A stretch of 11,307 nt of DNA from Nitrospirota bacterium (GCA_963699545.1 CAVOUE010000008.1:1-11307), one strand, 5' to 3'; positions 1-7,805 are shown, numbered from the stretch's first letter. Made by a program: numbers and translations. The notes: a model not told the origin generated them from the letters alone.

Positions 1-92
1 CATTGCCACGGCCCAACCGCCTGCTTCCAGTCTGTTGCTCCCACGTTGCTCACTGATACTAGGAGGGCCAAAACTGCCGAAAGCCATCTCAC
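1..92 (-). CDS. N-terminus (runs off the window) of a probable exported AttH/CrtC-like lipocalin-domain protein
   Basis: Not in the ORF track because it is truncated. Manual translation from GTG at 92 (GGGAGG a few nt upstream) gives MRWLSAVLALLVSVSNVGATDWKQAVGPWQ(W). This is a signal-peptide-like hydrophobic stretch followed by a segment like the one preceding the 'FPRDHG.HP' motif of AttH-like proteins. That family typically follows this kind of ABC ATPase/permease pair. The diagnostic motif lies outside the window. Confidence 0.6.
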   Translation of the reverse strand, partial: MRWLSAVLALLVSVSNVGATDWKQAVGPWQ

Positions 93-233
93 CGCCCTCC
101 CACCAAGAGCGATGAGGCACAGAGGTTGCAGGGGGAGGGAATTTTGCCCTGCTACGTGGAGAAATCGCCGTATCAGGGCATTCAGCTCGCACCGATGGTG
201 CGATAAAAGAACAATTTGCTGTTTTGCATTTCC

Positions 234-261
234 TATGAGCTATCAGCTTAGAGCTATGAGC
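234..261. repeat. Degenerate heptamer tandem repeat, 4 units
   Basis: TATGAGC TATCAGC TTAGAGC TATGAGC read directly. Confidence 0.8.
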
Positions 262-269
262 TGAATATT

Positions 270-341
270 CCCATCGCCTATAACCTCTTACCCATCACCC
301 GCTTTTTTATTTTCTGATTTCCTATCACCTATCACCTGTCT
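270..341. repeat. Two degenerate CCYATCA-type heptamer arrays (270-297 and 321-341)
   Basis: CCCATCG CCTATAA CCTCTTA CCCATCA at 270-297, and CCTATCA CCTATCA CCTGTCT at 321-341. Confidence 0.7.
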
Positions 342-343
342 CA

Positions 344-2836
344 TTATTCCTCCCTTATCTGCATCTGCGGATACGTCCTGCACACCTTCCACAGAGGGTA
401 GAGCGCCGCCGAGGCTTGCACAGATGGCGACTATCCCCGTCATAATGTATGGCTGCCATTCAGGGTAATAAAAGACGGTCCAGTGGAAGCTTTGCAGATT
501 GATGACCTTGATGAGGATCAGGCAAAGGCGGTCCCCACCAGAGTGCTCATGAAGAAAGCTGATCAGCCCCATCCCCACACTTTCGGCGATGGTGATGCGG
601 ATCACGTCGCCTGTCGTAAACCCCAGGGCGCGGTAAATGCCGAACTCCCTCCGCCGCTCGACAAAGAGCGTCATCAGCGCACCGGCGATACCGAAAAAGG
701 CCACGACGACGGCCAGGACGCGCATCGACCGCGTCACCGCGAAGGTGCTCGTCAAAGATGTCGAGTATCCTCCCATGGAACTCTTCGCGGGTGGCAACGG
801 GAAGGCCCCGGGCGGGCGCCCTGCGCTTCACCTCTTCGACGATCCGGTCCCGGTCGGGGATTCCCTTCGTCGATGAAGATGCCCAGGCTGTTGATGGTCC
901 TGTCGCGAAAGAGCCTCAGGTAGGTGGAGCGGTCCATCATGATGACTCCGTGCTCGGTGGAGTAGTCGTAGAATACGCCGGTGACGACCGGAGCTCGCGG
1001 CCCGTCGGCGTTCCTCGATGGTGATCCGGTCGCCCTTTTTGACGTTGAACCGCCGGGCGAAGCTTTCGGAGATGACGACACGCCCCTGCTTCACCGGCTC
1101 CCAGTTCTTCGCCGCCGCCCTCGAACCAGACGAAGCGGTCATATCCTGGAGCACCGAGGCATCGATGGAGGTGATGGAGGACGGTTCCCCCCGGAAGGTG
1201 ATCGGGACATTGCGGAAGATATCGATGCCGCCGATCCCCGGCAAGTCTTTCAGCTCATCGTAGAATTCCTCCGGGACAGTTGACGTCGCCCTTTGTCGAG
1301 ATGTAGAGCTCGCCGCGGAGCTGGCTGTCCATCCACCAGACGACGGATTGCCGGAAGCTGTCGATCATGGCGCCCAGGCCGATGGACAGGGAAAGGGCGA
1401 TCATGAAGGCGGCGACGGCGACGGAGGTCCGGCCCAGGTTTTCCCTGATATTCCCGACGGCGATTTTCCCCGAGAGCCCCATCGCCCTTGAAAAAAACCG
1501 CCTCAGGGCAGGGACGGACAGGACGATCGTCAACCCCGTGAAAAGGCTGGCGCCATGAGAAAGATGAAGGCGCCGGCAAAACCGACGTAGACGATGCAGA
1601 AAAGAGAGGCAGAAAAGGGCCGCGGCGACAGCCATAAAGAACATCCCGAAAATGGCAATCCTTCCTGGTCCTTTTCGATGCGCCGCGGGAGGCGGTCCTC
1701 CCCTGCAGGACTCGGACGGGCTGAAGGCGGCCCAGCTCCAGAAGCGACGGCAGGCAGCCGATGAGGCTCGCCGCCGAGCCGAGAAAGATGCCGCCCGCGA
1801 GGTTCCAGAAGGACCAGGGAAGCACCGCAGGCCGGAGGAAGAAATAGAGCGTACTGATGGCGTCGCCGACGACGTTACGAGAAATCCGCTCAACAGGTAA
1901 CCGAGGACCCCGCCGAGGGCGCCGCCCGCCGAGCCGAGGAGCAGGACTTCGACGAGAAAGGCCGTTGCGATCTGTCGGCGGACGCGCCGAGGGCCAGAAG
2001 GATTCCCGCATCCCTTCGCCTGCTCACCACGGCGAACATGGCCGTGTTGTAGATGAGAAAGATGCCGACAAAAAGGGCGAAAAGCGACAGGCCTGGAGGT
2101 TGAGCCTGAAGGCCCCGAGCAGGGCCGCCAAGGGTCTCCGCCTTCTGGCGGTTGGACTCGATTCTAAAGCCGATGGCCCAGCGGGAGCGAAACGGCTTCC
2201 TCGTCGCTGACGATGAGGTCGACGCGGTCGATGTACCTCCCTCATGCCCACCAGTTCCTGGACATGGCCGATATCGGCGACGATCAGAGGTTCCCCGGAA
2301 GGATTGGGAAACACTAGACCACCCGCAAAGGTCCCCTGCGAGGTCTGAAGAATACTGCCCGCGGACAGCCCCAGGCGCTGCAGCAAGGCCCCTCTCCATG
2401 AGGATGGCTCGGTCGTTGATGAGAAAGTCGATGTATTGCCAGGACTTTGACGGTTCGCCTCTTCGAAGGGGGTGTTACTTAGTTCCGGCCGTATATGACG
2501 GTCAAGAAAGGGGTCGATTCCGAGAAGGCGAACAGACTCGCCGTGGACAAGCTTTATCTTTTTATCGATTACTGGTGAAAAATGCTTGACTGCCGGATCA
2601 CGCATAAGCCTCTGAAGGGCTGCTTCCTCCATGGGCCCGGCAGGTCTCTCCATAACGTGGGTTGACTTACCCCTCAGGAACTCAACTGCCTGGGAGAAAC
2701 TCGCGAGGGCAGATCTCGCTGATAGTGCCATGCCTATGACCGCGGCAACTCCAAAGGCAATGCCGAGGAGCTGAAGCACCGAAAGGCCTGGTCGCTTGAT
2801 AAGGTAACGGAGAAACGATTTGGTTACTGTCCTCAA
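344..2836 (-). CDS. FtsX/MacB-like ABC transporter permease (about 830 aa, two MacB_PCD+FtsX modules), multiply frameshifted; sequencing error or pseudogene
   Basis: TTG start overlaps the ATPase stop (TTGA), with GAGGAG upstream. Coherent permease segments are spread over all three minus frames: LQLLGIAFGVAAVIGM; LSLFALFVGIFLIYNTAMFAVVSRR; RTSVAVAAFMIALSLSIGLGAMIDSFRQS; VVISESFARRFNVKKGD; VTGVFYDYSTEHG; LFVERRREFGIYRALG; VINLQSFHWT. The likely true C-terminus is PLWKVCRTYPQMQIREE followed by TAA at 346-344. Confidence 0.88.
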
Positions 2837-3525
2837 CGCTCAATCTCCTCGCAGGAGGTTGGTTCTGTGATAACCCCGTCAACCATGCGAAGTATGCGGT
2901 CAGCGAATTTACAGGTGAGGGGCGTATGGGTAACCATGACAAGGGACATTTTGTGTTCCTGGCAACGGCGCTGCAATAGGTCGAGCACCTGATTACCGGT
3001 GGCAGTGTCAAGGTTGCCGGTGGGCTCGTCAGCAAGAATAAGTGCCGGTTCCTTGACGATAGCGCGGGCTATAGCTATGCGCTGCTGTTCGCCCCCTGAT
3101 AACTCGTGGGGATATCTAGAGCCCTTGCCTTCAAGACCAACAGCGGTAAGAGCCTCCTCTGCGGCATTCCTGTCTGGTTTGCCAAGGAGCTCCAGGGAGA
3201 GATAAACGTTCTCAAAGGCGGTTAGAGTGGGAAGGAGATTAAAAAACTGAAAGACAAATCCGAGGCGCTTCCGCCTCAGGTCAGTTCTCCCTTTCTCACC
3301 GAGCTCTTCCAGATCATGACCGTCTACCTCGATACGGCCTTTGGTGGGCCGGTCAAGCCCGGCGATGAGGTTAAGGAGCGTTGTCTTGCCAGAGCCACTC
3401 TTTCCGAAAAGGGCGACCACTTCACCGGGTAACACCTCGATGTTTGCCCCCCGGAGGGCAATACCGTTCTGCCCTTCATCGCCATATTGTTTCCAGAGGT
3501 CTACGACGCGAATCACTGGTTTCAC
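2833..3525 (-). CDS. ABC transporter ATP-binding protein, LolD/MacB-like
   Basis: Walker [11 protein letters not shown]-loop [10 protein letters not shown], signature LSGGEQQR, Walker [13 protein letters not shown]-loop VTH. GTG start with GGGAGG SD. Confidence 0.96.
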   Translation of the reverse strand: MKPVIRVVDLWKQYGDEGQNGIALRGANIEVLPGEVVALFGKSGSGKTTLLNLIAGLDRPTKGRIEVDGHDLEELGEKGRTDLRRKRLGFVFQFFNLLPTLTAFENVYLSLELLGKPDRNAAEEALTAVGLEGKGSRYPHELSGGEQQRIAIARAIVKEPALILADEPTGNLDTATGNQVLDLLQRRCQEHKMSLVMVTHTPLTCKFADRILRMVDGVITEPTSCEEIER

Positions 3526-3577
3526 TTGGGGCCTCCCTTTCGACTCTGCGATGCTGTTGATCAGAAGCTTTCATCTC

Positions 3578-3606
3578 AATATATAGCACGTCTAGTGGCT
3601 TGTAAA
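3578..3606 (-). promoter_or_regulatory. Putative sigma70 promoter of the ABC operon
   Basis: Minus strand TTTACA (3606-3601), 17-nt spacer, TATATT (3583-3578), about 50 nt upstream of the ATPase start. Confidence 0.5.
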
Positions 3607-3662
3607 CGATCTGCTTTTCTCCTGACCATTTTTTTGTGTCGCCAGCTTCATCGGTAGTGAAC

Positions 3663-3692
3663 TTGACAATTTCGTTTAAGTCCAAGTATCAT
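3663..3692 (+). promoter_or_regulatory. Putative sigma70 promoter, divergent from the ABC promoter
   Basis: Consensus TTGACA (3663-3668), 18-nt spacer, TATCAT (3687-3692). Confidence 0.6.
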
Positions 3693-3698
3693 ATCGTC

Positions 3699-3872
3699 AT
3701 GGATGCTGATGAGAAAGAAAAAGAGGGAGTGAAACAGCCTGAAAATCTAGTTTACTACAAGTCGAGAGAGGATCTTTACACGACGCTTCACATGTGTATT
3801 TATATGCGTGAGCTCCCTGATATAACCCCGGAAGAAATAAAACAAATGGAAGAGAAGGAGAAAAATAAGTAA
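3699..3872 (+). CDS. Small hypothetical protein (57 aa), probably leaderless
   Basis: MDADEKEKEGVKQPENLVYYKSREDLYTTLHMCIYMRELPDITPEEIKQMEEKEKNK. The strand is purine-rich and coding-like. The ATG lies 7 nt after the -10 box and has no SD. No family recognised. Confidence 0.55.
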   Translation: MDADEKEKEGVKQPENLVYYKSREDLYTTLHMCIYMRELPDITPEEIKQMEEKEKNK

Positions 3873-3981
3873 CCACTCTTTCAATTGTTCGCATCACCCC
3901 GTCTGTTATTCAATCGCGAAGCGTATGTACTTCAGTGACACAGGTTTGCCCGTGGGAATTTTCGCAACTTTATATAATGCC

Positions 3982-4010
3982 TTGAGTGGCATAGTCAAGT
4001 ATGGTATAAC
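3982..4010 (+). promoter_or_regulatory. Putative sigma70 promoter for tRNA-Ser/ffs
   Basis: TTGAGT (3982-3987), 17-nt spacer, TATAAC (4005-4010) with an extended -10 TG, ending 9 nt before the tRNA. Confidence 0.65.
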
Positions 4011-4019
4011 ACTCTGTCC

Positions 4020-4113
4020 GGAGAGATGTCCGAGCGGCTGAAGGAGCACGACTGGAAATCGTGTGAACGTGCTAAAACGCGTTCCGAGGGTTCAAATCCC
4101 TCTCTCTCCGCCA
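4020..4113 (+). tRNA. tRNA-Ser(GGA)
   Basis: Acceptor stem GGAGAGA/TCTCTCC, discriminator G, encoded CCA. Anticodon arm CACGA-CTGGAAA-TCGTG (GGA at 4054-4056). Long variable arm GAACGTG/CGCGTTC. T arm GAGGG-TTCAAAT-CCCTC. Confidence 0.97.
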
Positions 4114-4130
4114 GTTAAGAAAATAGAAAA

Positions 4131-4223
4131 GCCAGGCCCTGCGCAACGTGGAGGTTATGAATCCCGTCAGGTTCGGAAGAAAGCAGCGGTAATAGCTAAT
4201 CCGTGTGCCGCAGCAAGCCTGGC
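4131..4223 (+). ncRNA. ffs: Signal recognition particle RNA, small bacterial type (4.5S)
   Basis: Terminal stem GCCAGGC/GCCTGGC. Helix-8 motif TCAGG-TTC-GGAA-GAA-AGCAGC. Canonical position between tRNA-Ser and dnaX, followed by a short T run at 4227-4231. Confidence 0.93.
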
Positions 4224-4237
4224 CCCTTTTTACAAGA

Positions 4238-4272
4238 TAGTAATGAGTGATTAGTAATTAGTAAATAGTAAG
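4238..4272. repeat. Degenerate heptamer tandem repeat (TAGTAAW), 5 units
   Basis: TAGTAAT GAGTGAT TAGTAAT TAGTAAA TAGTAAG. One reverse-complement unit, CTTACTA, lies at 4289-4295. Confidence 0.8.
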
Positions 4273-4406
4273 AAACTAAACGATGAAGCTTACTAGGCGC
4301 GAGAATATCCATAAGGATATAAGATTACATATGAAAATCCTGAAATGAAACCTTCATTATTGAAATATAGGCACGCGAGGCGAGAGTCAAAGGCTACGAT
4401 GTTAAT

Positions 4407-4434
4407 CTCCGAACTCCGAACTGGCAACTCCAAA
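4407..4434. repeat. Degenerate heptamer tandem repeat (CTCCGAA), 4 units
   Basis: CTCCGAA CTCCGAA CTGGCAA CTCCAAA, ending 15 nt before the conserved dnaX start. Confidence 0.8.
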
Positions 4435-4449
4435 CTGGGTTTCAGCGCG

Positions 4450-5922
4450 ATGAGTTACACCGTTATTGCCCGAAGATGGAGGCCGAAGAAGTTTGACGAC
4501 GTGATCGGGCAACCCCACATTGTCACTACCATGAAGAACTCCCTCAAGTTCGGGCGGATCGCCCATGCGTATCTCTTTACCGGGCCGCGAGGCGTAGGAA
4601 AGACCTCTCTGGCACGAATCCTTGCAAAGGCCGTGAACTGCCTCAACAGAACTTCAGAAGAGCCTTGCGGTACATGCGAGAACTGTGTTGCTATCGACAG
4701 GGGAGGTTTCCCTGACATTATTGAAATTGACGCAGCATCGACGGGAAGGATAGACGAGATGAGGGCGATGCTCGATACTGTCCGGTACATGCCCATGAAA
4801 GGTATTTACAAGGTCTATATCCTTGATGAATCGCATATGTTGACTGCCCAGGCCAAGGATGCCTTTCTGAAAACACTTGAAGAACCCCCTGGTCATAACA
4901 TTTTTGTTCTTGCCACAACCGAGGCACATAAGATCCCCTATACCATCATGTCCCGGTGCCAGCGGTTTGACTTCAGGAGAATCTCAGAGGCAGAGATTGC
5001 CACGCAATTGAAGCGTATTTGCGATGAAGAGGGTATTACCTACGATGACGGGGTATTTTCTTATGTTGCCATCGAGGCCGACGGTAGCCTTCGCGACGCC
5101 GAATCAATCCTGGACCAGATCATTGCCTTTTCCGGAAAGCATATTGCTTATAAGGACGTACTCAGCACGATCGGTATCGTTGAAAATGAGATTCTTTTCA
5201 ATATTCTCAGGTCTATTCTTGATGGAAATCTGAAGACAGGTCTTGAGATTATCGAAAACTCCCTCAATGAAGGGTATGATGTGCATCAGATCTACAGAGG
5301 TCTCATTTCGATGCTGAGAAATATGATGGTTTTAAAGGTATGCGGGGAGAGGCCATCTTTTCTCTATGTAGGCGAAGAAGAGTATGAGAGACTTTCTGAT
5401 ATGATGAAAGGAGTAGAGTACTACGAGATCCAGAACATGCTCAACTATATGCTCCGGGCCGAGGATCTTATGAAGGGACTCTTCCCCAAGGTAGCCCTTG
5501 AGATACTCTACATCAATCTTTACAATATCTCGAAGCTTCGGGACATAGAAAAGCTTATCGACGACTCCGCAGAAAAGCAGGATTTTCAGAAGGAAGACGA
5601 GCCATCCCCTCCCCGGGAGGCACCTGAAATGAAGAGACTCGACCGTGACGCGAAGGGTTTTGTCGAGTATCTGAAAACGAAAATGCCGTCGGTGGGGAAT
5701 ATGCTGGATAATCATGAAGTCAAGACAGAAGGCGATACGTTTGTCGTTATGGCCGACAGACAATCGCATGCTTTATTCAGGCATCGGGGTGAGGATATTA
5801 AAAAACACCTCTCGGATTTTTTTGGAAAGAGCACGACTTTTGTTTTAAGAGATGCCGGTGATCTAAAGAAAGACACCCTTGATGAATATGTAAGGGAAGC
5901 AGAAACTTTGTTTAACCTTTAA
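4450..5922 (+). CDS. dnaX: DNA polymerase III subunit gamma/tau
   Basis: Starts MSYTVIARRWRPKKFDDVIGQ. Walker A HAYLFTGPRGVGKTS, Zn module C..PCGTCENC, EIDAAS, ILDESHML, LKTLEEPP, SRC motif and GSLRDA. Start placed at the conserved Met (4450); the frame is open from 4345. Confidence 0.97.
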   Translation: MSYTVIARRWRPKKFDDVIGQPHIVTTMKNSLKFGRIAHAYLFTGPRGVGKTSLARILAKAVNCLNRTSEEPCGTCENCVAIDRGGFPDIIEIDAASTGRIDEMRAMLDTVRYMPMKGIYKVYILDESHMLTAQAKDAFLKTLEEPPGHNIFVLATTEAHKIPYTIMSRCQRFDFRRISEAEIATQLKRICDEEGITYDDGVFSYVAIEADGSLRDAESILDQIIAFSGKHIAYKDVLSTIGIVENEILFNILRSILDGNLKTGLEIIENSLNEGYDVHQIYRGLISMLRNMMVLKVCGERPSFLYVGEEEYERLSDMMKGVEYYEIQNMLNYMLRAEDLMKGLFPKVALEILYINLYNISKLRDIEKLIDDSAEKQDFQKEDEPSPPREAPEMKRLDRDAKGFVEYLKTKMPSVGNMLDNHEVKTEGDTFVVMADRQSHALFRHRGEDIKKHLSDFFGKSTTFVLRDAGDLKKDTLDEYVREAETLFNL

Positions 5923-5932
5923 AGGAGGAGCG

Positions 5933-6247
5933 ATGTCCAAACAATTGGGTCAACTCATGCAGCAGGCGAAAAAGATGCAGGAGAGGTTTCAAAAGATTCA
6001 GGAAGAGGTTGCTGTCAAGACTGTGGAAGCGCAGTCCGGCGGCGGTATGGTTTCATGTGTCGTGAACGGCAAACAGGAGCTGGTATCATTAAAAATTACA
6101 GATGAGATCTGGGAAGAAAAAGACAAGGAACTCCTTGAGGATCTTATTGTTGCAGCCATCAATGAAGGTTTAAGCAAGTCCAAAGATATGCTACAAGATG
6201 AGATGGCAAAGATAACAGGCGGCATGCCGTTACCCTTCAACCTGTAA
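5933..6247 (+). CDS. ybaB: YbaB/EbfC family nucleoid-associated protein
   Basis: QLMQQAKKMQ, SGGGMVS, NGKQEL and ELLEDLIVAAINE motifs. AAGGAGG SD. Lies between dnaX and recR. Confidence 0.96.
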   Translation: MSKQLGQLMQQAKKMQERFQKIQEEVAVKTVEAQSGGGMVSCVVNGKQELVSLKITDEIWEEKDKELLEDLIVAAINEGLSKSKDMLQDEMAKITGGMPLPFNL

Positions 6248-6253
6248 CCTGCC

Positions 6254-6850
6254 ATGTATTATCCAGCACCTATCGAGCGTCTTATAGAAAATCTTTCAAA
6301 GCTTCCCGGCATCGGGAGAAAGACAGCAACACGTCTTGCCTTTTTTCTCCTGAATACAAAGGAAAGCTACGTTAGTGAGCTTTCGACCAGTCTGCTTGAT
6401 ATTAAAGAAAAAATTAAGCTGTGCACCGTCTGTTTCAACATTACCGATATTGACCCGTGCACAATCTGTATGGATGAGAAAAGAAACCGGTCAACAATCT
6501 GCGTTGTTGAAGAATCCTCCCACATGATGGTAATCGAATCAGCTAATCCCGGCTATTATCGTTACCATATTCTCCATGGAGTCATAAACCCGATTGAAGG
6601 TATAGGGCCTGACGAGGTCAGAATAAAAGAGTTGAAGGAGAGGGTGGCCCGGGAAGGTATCAGCGAATTAATAATCGCTACAAACCCTAATATTGAAGGC
6701 AACACAACAGCACATTATATTGCCGAATTGCTGCAAGACCTCGACGTGCGCATAACGCGCATTGCTTCAGGTATACCAATCGGTGGCGATATCGTCTACA
6801 TCGACCCCCTGACTATCAAGAGTTCCCTCGACAACCGAAGAAACTTATAA
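6254..6850 (+). CDS. recR: Recombination mediator RecR
   Basis: HhH motif LPGIGRKTATRLAF, C4 Zn finger CTVC...PCTIC, TOPRIM ICVVE, YHILHGVINPIEGIGP, ATNPNIEG, TRIASGIPIGG. Confidence 0.97.
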   Translation: MYYPAPIERLIENLSKLPGIGRKTATRLAFFLLNTKESYVSELSTSLLDIKEKIKLCTVCFNITDIDPCTICMDEKRNRSTICVVEESSHMMVIESANPGYYRYHILHGVINPIEGIGPDEVRIKELKERVAREGISELIIATNPNIEGNTTAHYIAELLQDLDVRITRIASGIPIGGDIVYIDPLTIKSSLDNRRNL

Positions 6851-6906
6851 ACCGATCGTTAAACCATTTACAGTCGAACGGTCTGCTCATACTGCACCCT
6901 TTATCC

Positions 6907-7551
6907 CTACTTCTTCAGCGACTCCCAGTCCTTCAGGAATTTTTCAAGCCCGATATCTGTCAGCGGGTGATTCATTAACTGCCGGAGCACATTAAAAGGA
7001 ATGGTGGCAATGTCTGCACCAAGCAACGCTGCCTCTACCACGTGAAGGGGGTGTCTGATACTTGCCACGATGATCTCGGTCTCATAACCGTAGTTTGAAA
7101 ATATGGTGATTGTGTCCTCGATAATATCCATGCCCCTGGTTGATATATCATCGAGGCGTCCGATGAAAGGGCTCACGTATGTGGCGCCTGCCTTTGCTGC
7201 GATCAAGGCCTGGATAGGCTGAAACATGAGGGTAACATTTGTCTTAATGCCCTCCTGAGATAATGTGCGGACTGCCTTGATTCCTTCCTCGGTCATGGGG
7301 ATCTTTACCACTGCGTTTGCACCCAGGGCAGCAAGCTTTCGAGCCTCGTCGCACATGCCCTTTGCATCAGTTGCGATCACCTCGAGGCTCACCGGGCCTT
7401 CAACGATTGAGAGTATCTCCTTGAGAATAGCCTGGGGATCCTTTTTTTCTTTTGCAAGGAGTGAAGGATTTGTTGTTACCCCATCAACAAGGCCCATTTC
7501 GATCCCTTTTTTAATCTCTTCTACATTGGCTGTATCAATAAAAAATTTCAT
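6907..7551 (-). CDS. tal: Transaldolase, small TalC/MipB/FSA family (214 aa)
   Basis: [17 protein letters not shown], Schiff-base Lys in VVKIP, TNVTL and ASIRHPLHV. Glu in SLEV and Phe in SPF favour transaldolase over fructose-6-phosphate aldolase (which has Gln/Tyr). GGAGG SD supports the start at 7551 rather than 7665. Confidence 0.92.
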   Translation of the reverse strand: MKFFIDTANVEEIKKGIEMGLVDGVTTNPSLLAKEKKDPQAILKEILSIVEGPVSLEVIATDAKGMCDEARKLAALGANAVVKIPMTEEGIKAVRTLSQEGIKTNVTLMFQPIQALIAAKAGATYVSPFIGRLDDISTRGMDIIEDTITIFSNYGYETEIIVASIRHPLHVVEAALLGADIATIPFNVLRQLMNHPLTDIGLEKFLKDWESLKK

Positions 7552-7805
7552 GCAATTTTCCTCCGTTATTTCAAGCCTTTTCAACCCGGAGACTGTCAAT
7601 TCGAGTCCCAGGACTTTGTGTTCACCATTCCTCTGCCCGAGGTATGCCACATCATTTTCCTTCAAATGGGAAAGAATTGCAACTGCTTTCTTGTGGCCAT
7701 TCCGGGGAAGTGATTTTTTGTAGCGGCCTCACATTTTCAGGGCTTTCAATCCTGCCTGAGTTGTATTAAACTGAGATGCCAAAATCAATCTGACGAGGAC
7801 GTACA

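Noticed and set aside
234..341. CRISPR array
   Set aside because: The units are abutting 7-mers with no unique spacers, and no cas genes are present.
288..2589. Many overlapping ORFs on both strands treated as separate genes
   Set aside because: The minus-strand ORFs are fragments of one frameshifted permease. The plus-strand ORFs are antisense shadows typical of GC-rich coding DNA.
3476..3897. Minus-strand ORFs 3476-3685 and 3697-3897
   Set aside because: They overlap the ATPase start, the promoters or the better-supported plus-strand small ORF, and have no recognisable features.
4020..4113. Selenocysteine or otherwise unusual tRNA, suggested by its 94-nt length
   Set aside because: The GGA anticodon, 7-bp acceptor stem and long variable arm are normal for tRNA-Ser.
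4063..4254. 63-aa ORF
   Set aside because: It overlaps the tRNA and the SRP RNA, so it is spurious.
4305..4320. Palindrome ATATCC-ATAA-GGATAT
   Set aside because: A single 6-bp-arm inverted repeat in AT-rich DNA is expected by chance, and I noticed no second copy.
4020..4450. tRNA or ffs as the attachment site of an integrated element
   Set aside because: No integrase and no duplicated tRNA 3' end in the window. The standard tRNA-Ser-ffs-dnaX-ybaB-recR order is intact.
5540..5922. Programmed frameshift or slippage site in dnaX producing gamma
   Set aside because: I saw no A-AAA-AAG heptamer with a stimulatory hairpin and no A9 run. The short A6 and T7 runs near 5800-5823 are unconvincing.
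6851..6906. Bidirectional terminator between recR and tal
   Set aside because: Only a weak interrupted stem (ACCGATCG/CGAACGGT) with a long loop and no T tract.
7552..7805. N-terminal extension of transaldolase, and sigma54 promoters in the tal-tex spacer
   Set aside because: The conserved MKFFIDTAN start has its own GGAGG SD. The two GG-N10-GC matches on the minus strand lack the TTGC consensus.
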